Origin: Chiloscyllium plagiosum
Taxonomy: Eukaryota
Direction of reading: 5' to 3'
Assembly: GCF_004010195.1 (NCBI RefSeq)
Contig: NC_057749.1
Location: 16,308,524-16,372,523, forward strand
DNA: 64,000 nt
Under the pieces are notes generated by a model, which searched no databases, was not told the origin of the DNA, and was given only the letters and a program-made list of their open reading frames with translations. The translations under genes were made by a program, and so were the position numbers. Below, in pieces: positions 39,801 through 51,900 of this stretch (position 1 is its first letter; every line of letters begins with the position of its first letter).

Positions 39801-41226
39801 ACTAATTGGCACTCTCTCACTGGGCTGGCATATTCACAATGGACCAAAGGTCTGCCTTTAGTGCTGTAAGATTCTGGGATAACAGCAGAGGCAGTACTCA
39901 ACAGTCCTACAATGAATGGACCAAACACCTTAAAGTCAGAGAGATCTACAACATAGAAAAAGGCCCTTTGGCCCACCATGCCTGTGCCGGTCAAATACAA
40001 GCACCAACTCTCTAATTCCATTATCCAGCACCTTGGCCCATAGCCCTGTATATATTCTGCTTGAAAAATAAATCTGCTTTTGTACAAACTTTAATAAATA
40101 TCAGTAATATCTCTGTTCTTGTATGGTGAGCTGTGTTTAGAATTGGAGCTGGGTTTAGGATTGGAGCTGGGTTTTGGGAGTGGAACTGGGTTTAGGATTG
40201 GAGCTGAGTTTTGGGAGTGGAGCTGGGTTTAGGGAGTGGAGCTGGGTTTTAGGAGTGGAGCTGGGTTTTGGGCGTGGAGCTGGGTTTTGGGCGTGGAGCT
40301 GGGTTTTGAGCGTGGAGCTGGGTTTTGGGCGTGGAGTGAGCTGGGTTTTGGGAGTGGAGCTGGGTTTAGGGAGTGGAGCTGGGTTTAGGGAGTGGAGCTG
40401 GGTTTAGGGAGTGGAGCTGGGTTTAGGATTGGAGCTGGGTTTTAGGAGTGGAACTGGGTTTAGGAGTGGAGCTGGGTTTTAGGATTGGAGCTGGGTTTTG
40501 GGAGTGGAGCTGGGCTTTGGGAGTGGAGCTGGGTTTAGGATTGGAGCTGGGTTTTGGGAGTGGAGCTGGGTTTAGGGAGTGGAACTGGGTTTAGAGAGTG
40601 GAACTGGGTTTAGGAGTAGAGCTGGGTTTAGGATTGGAGCTGGGTTTTGGGAGTGGAGCTGGGTGTAGGATTGGAGCGAGCTGGGTTTTGGGAGTGGAGC
40701 TGGGTGTAGGATTGGAGCTGGGTTTTACGAGTGGAACTGGGTTTAGGATTGGAGCTGGGTTTTAGGATCGGAGCTGGGTTTTGGGAGTGGAGCTGGGTTT
40801 AGGAGTGGAGCTGGGTTTTAGGATTGGAGCTGGGTTTTGGGAGTGGAGCTGGGTTTTGGGAGTGGAGCTGGGTTTAGGGAGTGGAGCTGGGTTTAGGGAG
40901 TGGAGCTGGGTTTAGGATTGGAGCTGGGTTTTGGGAGTGGAGCTGGGTTTTGGGAGTGGAGCTGGGTTTACGGAGTGGAGCTGGGTTTTAGGAGTGGAAC
41001 TGGGTTTAGGGAGTGGTGCCGTGTTTAGGGTTTGACTTGGGTTTAAGATTGGAGCTGGGTTTGGGGTTGGAACTGAATTTTGGGATATGATCTCAGGTTC
41101 TGAGCTGCCCTTACCCAGTGGGTGGTTGATGTATGGGGTCCCCTCCGGGTCTTTGCGCCGCTGATGTTTGTGCTTTTTTGCTGCAAAATCAGCGGCTTCC
41201 AGGACCAGTACCACGTCTGAACTCAT
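36749..41226 (-). CDS. HDDC3: HDDC3/MESH1 (ppGpp hydrolase / NADPH phosphatase, HD domain); 4 exons, 180 aa
   Basis: Motifs HQRRKDPEGTPYINHP, AALLHDTVEDT, KLVKLADKLYNLRDL; phases consistent; 543 nt including stop. Confidence 0.97.
37572..37812 (-). CDS. HDDC3: HDDC3 exon 3
   Basis: AALLHDTVEDT...LRDLKSCTPA; 241 nt. Confidence 0.95.
38657..38712 (-). CDS. HDDC3: HDDC3 exon 2
   Basis: GVARILAHEAGITDVVVLQ; 56 nt. Confidence 0.95.
40142..41075 (+). repeat. G-rich minisatellite, about 19-21 bp unit GGAGCTGGGTTT(T)(A/G)GG(GAGT/ATT), roughly 45 copies
   Basis: Directly visible tandem array in HDDC3 intron 1. Confidence 0.95.
41115..41226 (-). CDS. HDDC3: HDDC3 exon 1 (coding part)
   Basis: MSSDVVLVLEAADFAAKKHKHQRRKDPEGTPYINHPL; gtaag donor. 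Confidence 0.94.
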
Positions 41227-41599
41227 TTTACCTTCCGCATCCGGATCATGTGGGGCTGCAGCAGGAAAAATATACACTTCCCACAAACAGCAGAGGATTC
41301 ACACAATCCGCGGAAAGTGCACCCACGCTCCAGGCAGAACAGCAGATCCTGAAGGAGGATAAACTCTTTTATTAGACCCTCCCACACACAGAGACACACA
41401 AACTGACAGTAATCTCCAGATCAACCCAGAAAGAAAAGAGCAGAAATAGAAACAGAAAGTGCTGAAACCACGCAGCAACTGTGGAAAGAGGAACAAGGTT
41501 GATACCTTTTCGAGTCCAGTATGCCTTCTTCAAAGTGGGGTCCCTTGCACAGTTTATAAGTTGGTTACACTCATTATATTTGAGACTGGCTCACTGCTG

Positions 41600-42470
41600 C
41601 ATAGATAGTCATAGAGATGTACAGTATGCAATCAGACCCTTCGGTCCATCTCGACTAAATTAATCTAGTCCCATTTGCCAGCATTTGGTCCATTTCCCTC
41701 TAAATCCTTCCTATTCATGTACCAAACCCGGAGCCTGTTAAATGCTGCAATTGTACCAGCCCGCACTACAAGGTGGTGGCATCAGAGTAGGCTTGGTCCA
41801 CCTTGTCTGCATTATGCTTTTTCCTTCTATCCCTGGTTTTTCCTCAAACTTTATTTGATAACGAGATCTCCTCGGCAGGAAGCAGCTTCACTAGGATCCT
41901 GAGCGGCGGTGGTGTTTTCAGAGACAGTGTGGCTACAGAGACGGTCTGGGAAGCCCTGAGTGAGCTGGGAAGTCCAGAGCAGGACTCTAGAAGCAGTACG
42001 CTATAGCAGCAAAGAATGAAGAGTTGGACTCTCTTTATTTCTGTGAAAGCTGCCTGTGCACACTTTTCACTCTATTTTATATTGGATGTACATGACAATA
42101 GAGACAATATTCAAATTCAGATTCCTCTGGCTGCTCATTCCATACACGCACCACCCTCTCCATGGTGCGTTTTCAATCTTTCCCCTCTCACCTTAAACCT
42201 ATGCCCTCTAGTTTTGGACTCCCCTACCCTGGTGAAAAGACCTTGGACCTTGTGTATTCACCCTACCCATGCTCCTCATGATTTTATAAGGTCACCCCTC
42301 AGCCTCCAACACTCCAGGGAAAATACCACCAGCCTGTTTAGCCTCTCCCTATAGCTCAAACCCTCCAACCCTGGCAGCATTCTTGTAAATATTTTTTGAA
42401 CCGTTTCAAGTTTCCCAACATCTTTCCTACAGAGGGATACAAGAATTAGAACTAAGTATTCCAAAATCTA
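41600..42470 (-). mobile_element. CR1 3' fragment with a nested plus-strand insertion (about 41770-42120)
   Basis: RMLPGLEGLSYRERLNRL..RLRGDLI peptide. Confidence 0.75.
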
Positions 42471-42977
42471 GAGTTATATCAGTCTCAAAACATTAACTCT
42501 GTTTCTTCCTTCACATATGCTGTCAGAACTTGCTGAGTTTTTCCAGTATTTTATATTTTTATTTCAGATCTCCAGTCAACTTGTACTGTACCTTTACTTC
42601 TGTGAAGCAGAGCATGTCTAAATGAGCTATGTAACCTCAGATCACGTGGAAATTGATCCTGTAAAGCTCCAGGTAAGATGTCCCCTTTTATCATCCTCCA
42701 TAGATGGTTATGTCCAATCAAACTAGTGCTCCTTGGTCATTACAGAAATTGTGTAAAGAATGAACAAGGTGCACATTTTTAAAGGCACATGCACTCAACA
42801 TATGTTAGCTCTTCTCCAAGTTATAGAGCAGGATGGGCAATACTGGAATCCAGATACTGCTGTCAGTGGCCCCTGCAGATACTTTTAAGTTGGACACAGG
42901 AGCTGCAGCTACTGTTTTGTCAGACAGCCTTAGGTAGCTGAGAGAGGTTACCTTAGAATCTTCAGCTGGTCTCTGTC

Positions 42978-43290
42978 CTGAATTGAATTTGTCACATGTA
43001 CCGAGACACAGTGAAAAGCTTTGTCTTGCAGGTAATACAGGCAGATCATATAGTTACGTAACAAAGTTAAGTAAATAATAGATAGCAGCAAAAACAAAAA
43101 AACACAGGTACAGGCGAATGTTAGAGTTTGAGAGTCCATTCAGTATTCTATCAACAGTAGGGTAGAAACTGTTTCGAAACCAGTTGGTGCGTGTGTTCAG
43201 GCTTCTGTATCTTCTCCCTGATGGTAGCAGTTGTAGAAAAACATTGCCAGGGTGGGATGGATCTTTGAGAATGCTGGTAGCCTTTCCTTG
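42978..43290 (-). mobile_element. Rex1/Babar-type LINE 3' end
   Basis: SILKDPSHPGNVFLQLLPSGRRYRSLNTRT..FRNSFYP, and (attca)n tail. Confidence 0.8.
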
Positions 43291-43769
43291 AATGTTTGGG
43301 AATTCCTGGGAATGTTTGAGGGGGATGGTGTCAAGGGAACTTTGTTTAAAATAATCAAGTAGCTTTAATTTCAGTTTAAAAGAATAGAAAGCTTTACTTT
43401 CAATTTAAAAAAAGAGTAAAGTGAACTTTCTTCTGTATTTAACTCAATGCTGTCCGTTCTGGGAGTATTTGATGGGGATGGCGTTGAGGGAACTTCATTT
43501 TCCATTTTCTTGCAGTTTTAAAAGAGTATAATCTTCAGCTATCCCACCACTTAGCCCAAAAAGAACCAACCTCATAGTCATAGACCAGCTTCACCCAACA
43601 TTAGGACACAAAGATAAAGAAATTATTCAAAACCAGCCATATTCACTCTCAATCTCATTCTTAAAAGTAGATGCAGTCGTCAGCCAAACCCACAGCATAA
43701 ATTTCTGACCTGCTGCTGGGCAAAGATTAAAGTAAATGCAGGGAAACCAGGTTTAAATTGAATATTGGG

Positions 43770-45540
43770 CAGACAATGCTACACTATGGTTCAGGCCAAA
43801 AATGCTCAGGACATCATCCATTAACCTTTGGTGCATGGAAAGTATGTTACAAACAGAAGTCTGACATATGCTAAGCTTTGTTACAATGGAAAAACAATTA
43901 TGGAGACCTCATGCTGTTCTTGGTCATTGCAGGTTTTTATTATATAGGGCAACTTGTATAGATTTAGATTTCTTTAGTTAGCAGACTCCAAAGACTCTCC
44001 CGTCCAAGCATTATAAGAAGTTGGTCAGACTTTTCATTTTTCTCAAAGTATAAGTTGGAAATGGTGGGAAAATAAGGCACCAAAAGGCAATGTCCAGCCA
44101 CCAGTAGACATTCTAGCCAGAGACTTGCTCTTTTGGAACATTGTTATAGAGAAGGAAACCAGAATACAAGTTGCTCTTTTACTAAAATCCAAAATTGTAG
44201 ACCTTCCTGTACTTTGGGACACTAAGAATCCAGCCGTCTCTTTTGAGGAGAATTAGTTATTTCTTGAAGAAGGTGGAATAAATAGTTTACTTACCACACA
44301 GAATCTGCCAAGGTGGTGCAGCAACTACAGTCACAGTTAGATGAAGCAACAGCTGACAGAGTACATTGACTGATCCCTGCTGCGAAGCAAGAAAATAGTC
44401 GTATACTAACTTAATCACTAAGGAAAGCAAACTTCAAAGTTTTAAAGGTGGCCACAGAATCTCCTGCAATTTATGAAGTTATGAGATCTTCTAGTCATGC
44501 AAGGAAGAGGTCTCAGAACTTCAAAGCAAATTTAAAACGGTTGAAGCTTTAGAGAGAATGGGTGGTGTCGCACCCAAATAGGCAGAAGTCAGTCAATCAT
44601 TTGCAATAAATCTTTTTAATTGTGCACACAGAACATGAATGTGAGTTTGACATCCTGAGAGAAAACCCTCAGCAAAGGCCCAACAAGAAGAAATATAAAA
44701 ACTTCCAAGTAGAGGCATAGATAGTCATAGAGTCATACAGCACGGAAACAGACCCTTTGGTTCAATCAGTCCACACCAACTACGTTCCTAAACTAAACTA
44801 GTCCCACGTGCCTGCGCTTGGCCCAGATCCCTCCAAATCTTTTCTATTCATGACCTTATCTAAACGTCTTTTAAAAGTTATACAGAGTTATAGAATATGG
44901 AAACAGACCCTTTGGTCCAACCAGTCCACGCTGACCATGTTTAGTTAATGATAAACTACCCAGCGAAAGAGAGATCCTTAAATTGTACAGAGTTAATACT
45001 CAACAGGAAGAAATTGTTAATCTGAAAGAGAAACATCAGCATGACAAGGAAACTCTAGAGAGCTTTTTACAGCAAGGCCATGAACTCAACCAGAATTGGC
45101 ATAGTCTCATTCCATGAGTGGGATGACTGGGTCCAGCTGTTGGTTGTCAGGCAGTACAATCAAGCTCTGTAGGCTGGAAACAGGCAATCAACAGAAGGTT
45201 AACAAAAAGAGCTCTCACAGTGAAGAGATATATTAGAGGAAAAGACATTTTCGTACAGAAATGTTCAGAATTTCAAGATCAAAATGAACTATTAGCTGCT
45301 GAAGATATTTGCTACAATTAATGAACAACTACTTAGTCTTTCTAAAAGGAAGAAAGTGAGGACTGCAGATGCTGGAGATCAATGTCAAAAAGTTGGCACA
45401 GCCGGTCAGGCAACGTCTGAGGAGCAGGAGGTTGCTGTTTCGAGAGATGCTCTTCCTGATGAAGAGCCTTCTAAAAGGAAACCTAGAGGAAGAGAACTAT
45501 TTCTTATTAATGACAGAGATCATCTTTGGAAACTGTCCTT
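43770..45540 (+). pseudogene. Decayed, apparently intronless CCDC88 (Girdin/Daple)/HOOK-like sequence
   Basis: Colinear broken peptides PLV.W, DLPVLWDTKNP..FEE, HDKETL..HELN/RIGI, KGNLEEEN with stops, frameshifts and two TE insertions; similarity judged from memory. Confidence 0.55.
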
Positions 45541-47260
45541 CATGTAGCTCTGCAAATCAGAATACCACAAACAAAGCTCCCGTTGGTCCTGCATGGGCAG
45601 TTTATTCTGCTGCTCATGCCGTTACAGTTCCACTTTCTCAGGGAATCCTTCCAGGTCCTTACCTATACCTGAACATGCAGCAAATATTGAAATATTATAA
45701 ATTCCTGTCCTGGAACTTGAAGTCTTCCTGGATTTGGAGGGGGCACACTCACTCACGCTCCCTTCCCTCCTTTCACTACAACCTCACACTCCCAGCAAAT
45801 CATTTAATCCCAGCACACATGCATAGTCTAGCAGGGCATTAGAACAGGAGAATGAAGTGCTAGTCTAGATAATGTACTTGCGTCACGAGGGGACAGTGTT
45901 GAACCTGGCACAACCACGGAGTAAATCCAACTCTTAAGCAGGGTTTTTAGAATCTTGGCCTCATTTCCAGCTAGAGTCTGTGAGGGAATGTTTCCTGTGT
46001 TTATAAGGCATATTCAGGAGTTTAAGCAGTTTCCTGCCCCACGTCCTGGCACTCGTGGGTCCCGAATCCACATCTTCCTTAATTCAGTCTCAGAACTGGC
46101 ATCGAGCTGTGTAGGAAAGGGACACCTGCCTCAATGGTGCAATTATTATTTATGAATGTTTACTCTGTGTCTAACCCCATGCTGTCCTGGGAATGTTGAT
46201 TGGGACAGATGAAGCAGCCTCTAGACAGGGGAAAGGTGGAAACTGGCATTGGTGTTAACCTCTGGACTAACAAAAAAATGCCTCAAAAATCTCAGTCTTT
46301 TGCTACTATATACAACATATGGCCATCAGTCTGTTAAATACCTGAGAATGCTCGACCAGGACAATGTAGAGGAAATGTTACACTGTACCTAACCAAAGAA
46401 CGGAAATGACCAGACACCTTCATTTATTTAAAGTTTGCACACACTTAGAAAACACTGGGTTTGATTTTTTTTAAATAGTGATATAAGACTACGTACCAAG
46501 TTTAACAAAAAAAAAATGAAGTTGTTCCAAATGCCATCAGACAATATAACCGTCGCAGAATTCATTTACTCACTGGAGTGTTTCCTGTTACTATCAGGCC
46601 TCTTTCATTATTTTACACACTTCAACACATTGATATCCCCAGTGTCTCAAAATGAAATTGAATTATTTGGGTCGATCTCTGTTCTAGCTGCTCACACTGA
46701 TCTGTGAAGCAGATATCTAGGCTCCTCTTCCTCAGTATAAACCATGACCCAGCAGAGTGAATCCTCTCCCCACCAACAAACAGCCTATATGCCTTGGCTC
46801 ATGTCCTGATTGATCCGAGTTGTGATGCTGACTGGTTAAATGTTCAGAGAATGGCCACTTGGGTAAGGGAGGAGGAGCAAATGACAGACGTGAACTCTAT
46901 CCAGGCTGAAGTAATCAAAAATTTGTCAACCTTTACTTTAAATATATTCATGGAGGGAGTTTCCTCTGGGGCAGAGAATTGTAAAGAGTCATCACCCTTT
47001 GAGTTCTCATCTCAATGCTAAATTACATTTCTTTTAGTTTAAAATTGTGCCACCAGTTCTAGACTTCCCAACCAGGGGGAACGCGTTACCTGCATCTATA
47101 CTGTCTGTCCATTTTAAGTATTTTGTAAGTTGCAATGAGATCATCTCTTTCTTTGTAATGTTGAAGAATACAGGCCCAGTTTGTCCAGTATCTGTTCAGT
47201 AATGCCATCTAATTAACAGTAATGCAAACCTTAGATTCATGAGTGATTTTATTGTACAAA

Positions 47261-47924
47261 TTAATTTTCCTGTTTAGGGTTATTTAAGGAGTCCACATGA
47301 CTAACCCTGTACAGAAAGTTGCCTTCCTGGTCATAAAATTCACAACCCTTTTGTACAACTTCAATATGGTTTTCAGACCCACTTGCAATGAACATCTGCA
47401 AATCCTCATCAGTCTCTGGAAGACCCAGTAATTGTTCCCCATCAGATGTACTGCTGCTGGTTTCATTGTATTCTTCCCTCTCCACACAATCAACCACCTT
47501 TCTTCCAGACCTGACCTCCTTCATATCAGCACTGCTTTGAGATTGGAGCTTCTTGGAGACACTCTGTTGGACAAGATCCATTCTGCCAGTTTTCTCTCCA
47601 GTGGTTTTGTGCATTTTACTATTTAAGTCAGATTGTGCAGGATGGATTACTATGTCCGAAGAGAGTCTGGGCTGGATGGTGTCATCTGTGATCGGTTTAG
47701 ATTCGATCACTGCTTTTACATTCAGAGAACTGGCAGTCAGTTGCTTTGCCCTCTGTGGGAGAGTCAGAGTCTGTCCTTTAACATTTGCATCTTGCTTCAT
47801 CATCCTCTTCAATGAAGGGGTGAACTTGCTTCTCAGCACTCTCAGGACAACATCTTCACTCACTGAAAATCCCTCTGCCAGCTGTGACACACTCCACTCC
47901 TCTGGGGACTTTGCTCTCAAAAAC
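47261..47924 (-). CDS. NGRN: NGRN exon 3 (last)
   Basis: FLRAKSPEEWSVSQLAEGF...NNPKQEN*; cag acceptor. Confidence 0.94.
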
Positions 47925-49876
47925 CTGAAACATGTTAGAAATCAAATTAATTTAAAAATCAATCTAATCCAGGGACCCAAGAAATTTTCTGGGGACCTGG
48001 ACTGGAATTCTATCATGGCAGATGGTGGAATTTGAATTAAATAAAGTCTGGAATTAAGAGTCTAATAATGACCATGAAACAATTGTCAATTGTCAGAAAA
48101 ATCCATCTGGTTCATTAAGTCCTTTAGGTAAAGAAATCTATTGTCTTTACCTGGTCTGGCCTATTTGTGAGTCCAGACCTACAGCAATGTGGTTGATTCT
48201 TAACTCCCTTCTGGGTAATCAGGGACAGGTAATAAATGCTGGCCTGGCCAAAGATACCCAAATCCTACAAATGAAGATAATCTATAATTCTGCCATATTG
48301 ATCACAACCCAAGAAAATGTATGCCCAGCTATTGAATCTCACGAGGCATTGCAGCTCAACTGAGCTCATACTCAATGGCTACGTAAAACTCAGCTGTTTC
48401 CTATCTTGCTGGCTCAGAACACTGAATCCAACTCAGCCATGTCCACACTGATGAGGGTTTCTGGGCAAGCCCTGCTCATTACAGTAACTAGTAGGGTGTT
48501 GATATTTTAGTTGTCAGGAAGCCTCTCCACTCTCCTGCTGCTCGTTTCAGTGGAAATTCAAGACTAACAAGCAACAGTCACAATCACAGTGAACAGTCCT
48601 GGCTTTAACTCTTACCTCATCTGCTGCATTGCTTGTGTCGTTAGGGTCCGTGGGGGAGGACCAGAAAGACCCAACTCTGCCTGAATTCTCCGATACTTAA
48701 TGGCTTTCTGTTTCCGCTTCTCAGCTCTGCATGTGAGATGTGGAACAGAACAATAATTTCCAAAACCTACTTTGACAATTCAAAGAGCACCTTTGCTGAT
48801 TATTACTAATGCAGCATACAACGGATAACTGAAGTTATTCAAATGTTTGAACATTTTTGTTTGTATGGTTACCACTTATCAAATGTATCTTGTTAACCAA
48901 TTCTACAGTAGTTAGTTTAAGTTAATTCCTGTGATGTGGTACTTAAAGTTAACTAATATGGCAATAGTTAGTATGAGTTTATTAATAATGTAATAGTTAA
49001 CTAATAATGTAGTAGCCAGTATGAGTTAACGTGGCAGTTAATGAGAGCTAACAAATGCTGTAGTAGTGATGATTTGGAGATGCCAGTGTTGGACTAGGGT
49101 GGACAAAGTTAAAACGTAGATTTCGCTGCTCCTCGGATGCTGCCTGAACTGCTGTGCTCTTCCAGCACCACTGATCCAGAATCTGGTTTCCAACATCTGC
49201 AGTCATTGTTTTTACCAACACCAGGTTATAGGCCAACAGGCTTATTTGGCGGCACTAGCTTTCGAAGCATTAGTGCATTATCTGAGCTGAGATGGCACCT
49301 ATTGTTAAAAGGTATCTTAAAAATGTAACTTTTTATAAGTTCTGGCATTTATATATGAAGGAACTGAAACTACCATGATTATAAAAGATGAAAAACTCAA
49401 GCTAAATTTGCTTAATGTTACATTCCATGACACTGCAATCCCATTAGTATCTTGTCCTCCACAACCACCTGATGAAGCTGGTGCTTCCCAATTAAACCTG
49501 TTGGACTATAACCTGGTGTTGTGGGATTTATAACTCGATAGCAGTGAGTATGAGCTGATGTGGTCGTTAGTGAATTTGTTAATCAGCTGGTAGTTACTGA
49601 GTTAACTAACGCTGCGGGAGTTAACTCTCAGTATGAGTCAATGCGGTGGTTAGTCTGGGTTAATGTGGTAGTTACTGAGAGTTAATGAATGAACCGCTTT
49701 CACCTGATTATTTCCTCCAACTCCTTCCCCTCGGCCTCGGCCTCAGGCTCAGAGCCGGCCCCGGGCTCTCCGCCGCCTCTGGAGCCCCGCAGGGAGCGGG
49801 CGGCCTGGGCCGGGACCGGGGCCTGAGCCCGGGGCAGGAGGCGGAGGATCCCCCGAGCCACCACCGAGACCCACAT
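47261..49876 (-). CDS. NGRN: Neugrin (mitochondrial 16S rRNA/mitoribosome module); 3 exons, about 315 aa
   Basis: PPRTLTTQAMQQMRFL..PEEWSVSQLAEGFSVSEDVVLRVLRSKF and C-terminal EFYDQEGNFLYRV match neugrin; Arg-rich presequence-like N-terminus. Confidence 0.93.
47960..48280 (+). mobile_element. Second SINE-like family
   Basis: Shared core ccatctggttcactaatgtcctttagggaaggaaatct; further copies at about 5300-5630, 7610-7905, 29700-29970 (+) and 19820-20110 (-). Confidence 0.7.
48616..48726 (-). CDS. NGRN: NGRN exon 2
   Basis: AEKRKQKAIKYRRIQAELGLSGPPPRTLTTQAMQQM; 111 nt. Confidence 0.93.
48900..49690 (+). repeat. Degenerate (gagttaactaatgtggtagttagtat)-like tandem array split by nested Penelope-derived elements (about 49065-49535)
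   Basis: The same motif occurs on both sides of the insertion in NGRN intron 1. Confidence 0.6.
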
Positions 49877-49960
49877 GAAGCTCCGCCGGATCCGGAAATC
49901 GCCACAATCCCGTCCGGGCGGAAACGGCAGTCGCTGAAGAATCGTTCCGCCTTTCACTTG
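49690..49960 (-). promoter_or_regulatory. NGRN CpG island / promoter
   Basis: Very GC/CpG-rich; GGGCGG and CCGGAA motifs upstream of the ATG. Confidence 0.7.
49704..49876 (-). CDS. NGRN: NGRN exon 1 (coding part)
   Basis: MWVSVVARGILRLLPRAQAP...KELEEII; gtgaaa donor; lies in CpG island; start codon inferred. Confidence 0.8.
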
Positions 49961-51469
49961 GCCCTAGTCAGAGAACTGCAGCTGACACTTGACCCAGTTG
50001 ACTTGGAGACATTTCAAATTTATAGATATTTATAATCAGACTGTTAAGAGGCGTTCTGGCACGCCCTGGAGAAGTTAGGACTTGACTCCACACCTCCTGA
50101 CTTAGAGACAGGGACACTACCACTCCACCACAAGAGCCCTGCCAATTCATTCATTCATTTGTCTCCATTCTTCCTGCTCTGAAAGTGCTGGTTCTGGCGA
50201 GGGACAGAAACTCACCCAAGTAGCCATCAGTATCTGTACAATATTGGACCATGTATTCCAACAAAACTCCTTGTCCTGGTTATCCAAAGACAAGAGAATT
50301 GCATTTATTTAGCACTTATAATCACCACTGGACATCCCAAAGCGCCTCAGTTTAATGAACTACTTGTGAAATGTTGTAGGAAAAGCTATAGCGATTGTAT
50401 CAATGGGAAGCTCCCTAATGTGAAACAAATACAGAAATTGCTGGAGAAACCCAGCAATTCTGTCAGCATCTGGGGAGAGAAAATAGTTAACATTTCATGC
50501 CCAGTGACCCTTCTTCAGAAACCCACAATATGATCATGACTAGATAAAGATGCTGATTTGGGATAAATGTAGGACACATCCCTTGCTCTTTTCCCTGCAC
50601 CATGGTATTTTAAAAATTTCATTCGAGGCAGAGAGTTGTCGGGGTAGCTTATCTCACCCAAAAGATTTAGGATGACCAGATTTCCCAGTTTGGCCAAACA
50701 GTCTCTGCCCAGAAGGTAAAATAAGTAAAACTTGAGAATGACACACATTGGCTGGACCTGTCTTGCATACATCCAGTACAACTGGCATATTAATTTCTAA
50801 ATATTACTGTGTAACCTTTTGGGTCATTTTTCCCTCTGGACAGCTTTTCATATAATGCTTCTTTGTCTTGATAATTATCTAGAAATTATTCTCATGTTCA
50901 ATGGAGTTCTGACCCATTCCTTTTTGTGATCTTTGTGAAATTTTGTCCTCTGTTTTGTATGCACCCACCAAATTGCATTGCATGCAGCAAACCTGTATTC
51001 CTTCTTCCCCTCCTGCCTACTTGATGTGTCCAAGATATTTGTTGCCACCTGTTTGGCACCTACACCTCCTTTGCTGAGTTGCCTTTTAAATGATTTGAGG
51101 AATTAGGTCACCAACTCTGGCTGGACATATTCTGCATGTTGTCATGACATGAACCCCCTTCTGTAATTGGCCATCAACATGTCATACATTGGGAGTCCCA
51201 AGGCTTTTCAATGTTTTGACTTTTGAAAATTTGGTCACTTGCTTAGTACTGCACTGGACTGCTAAACTGGAATTTTGTGATTAAGCCTGGGATAAGGTCA
51301 GGAGCTTCAACACAAAAACCTAGTGACTTAGTGAGAGCCATGGACAACACCATATCCATGAATATGCAATTCCAGCAGCTTATTTAATTCTTTACCATCA
51401 CTTGGTGCTGAAGCCAATCACATCTGTCAGGCCCCTGGTCAGTTAACGTGGCAGAAACTTGTTTCAGGA

Positions 51470-51900
51470 ATGATAAACTCAGTTATGAGGGCAGATTTAA
51501 AAATTGGGGCTGTTCATCTTCGAGAGAAGAAAGCTGAGAGAAGATTTGATAGAAGGTTTTAAAACCATGAGCGGGTTGGACAGAGTAGACAGGGAGAAGC
51601 TGTTGCTGCTCATTAAAGAGAAAAGGATGAGAGGGCAGAGATTTAAAGTGATGTGCAAAAGAAGCAAGCGTTACGGAGGAAAAAATGTTTTCACACAGCA
51701 AGTGGTTTGAGTATTGAGTGCACTGCCTGGAGATGTAATCAAGTCCAGTTCAAGTGAGGCTTTCAAGAGGGCGATGATTGATTATTTCGTTCAAAACAGT
51801 ATTCAGAGATACAGGGAAAGGGCAGCGGATTGGCAGTACGTAATAGAACTGATGCAGGCATAAGGGCCAAATGGCCTCCTCCTGCATCGTACCGATTCTG
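51470..51900 (+). mobile_element. CR1 3' fragment
   Basis: GLFIFERRKLREDLIE..DRVDREKL; similar copy at about 60530-60900. Confidence 0.8.

Noticed and set aside
40174-40407. Repetitive ORF, and the long extension of ORF 40912-41286
   Set aside because: Products of the minisatellite; HDDC3 splices out at 41115
40142-41075. CRISPR array or true interstitial telomere
   Set aside because: No unique spacers and no tandem (TTAGGG)n; eukaryotic minisatellite
47553-48035. 160-aa plus-strand ORF
   Set aside because: Antisense shadow of NGRN exon 3
49465-49490. CTGATGA hammerhead start
   Set aside because: Stem II and GAAA are deleted, so it cannot fold
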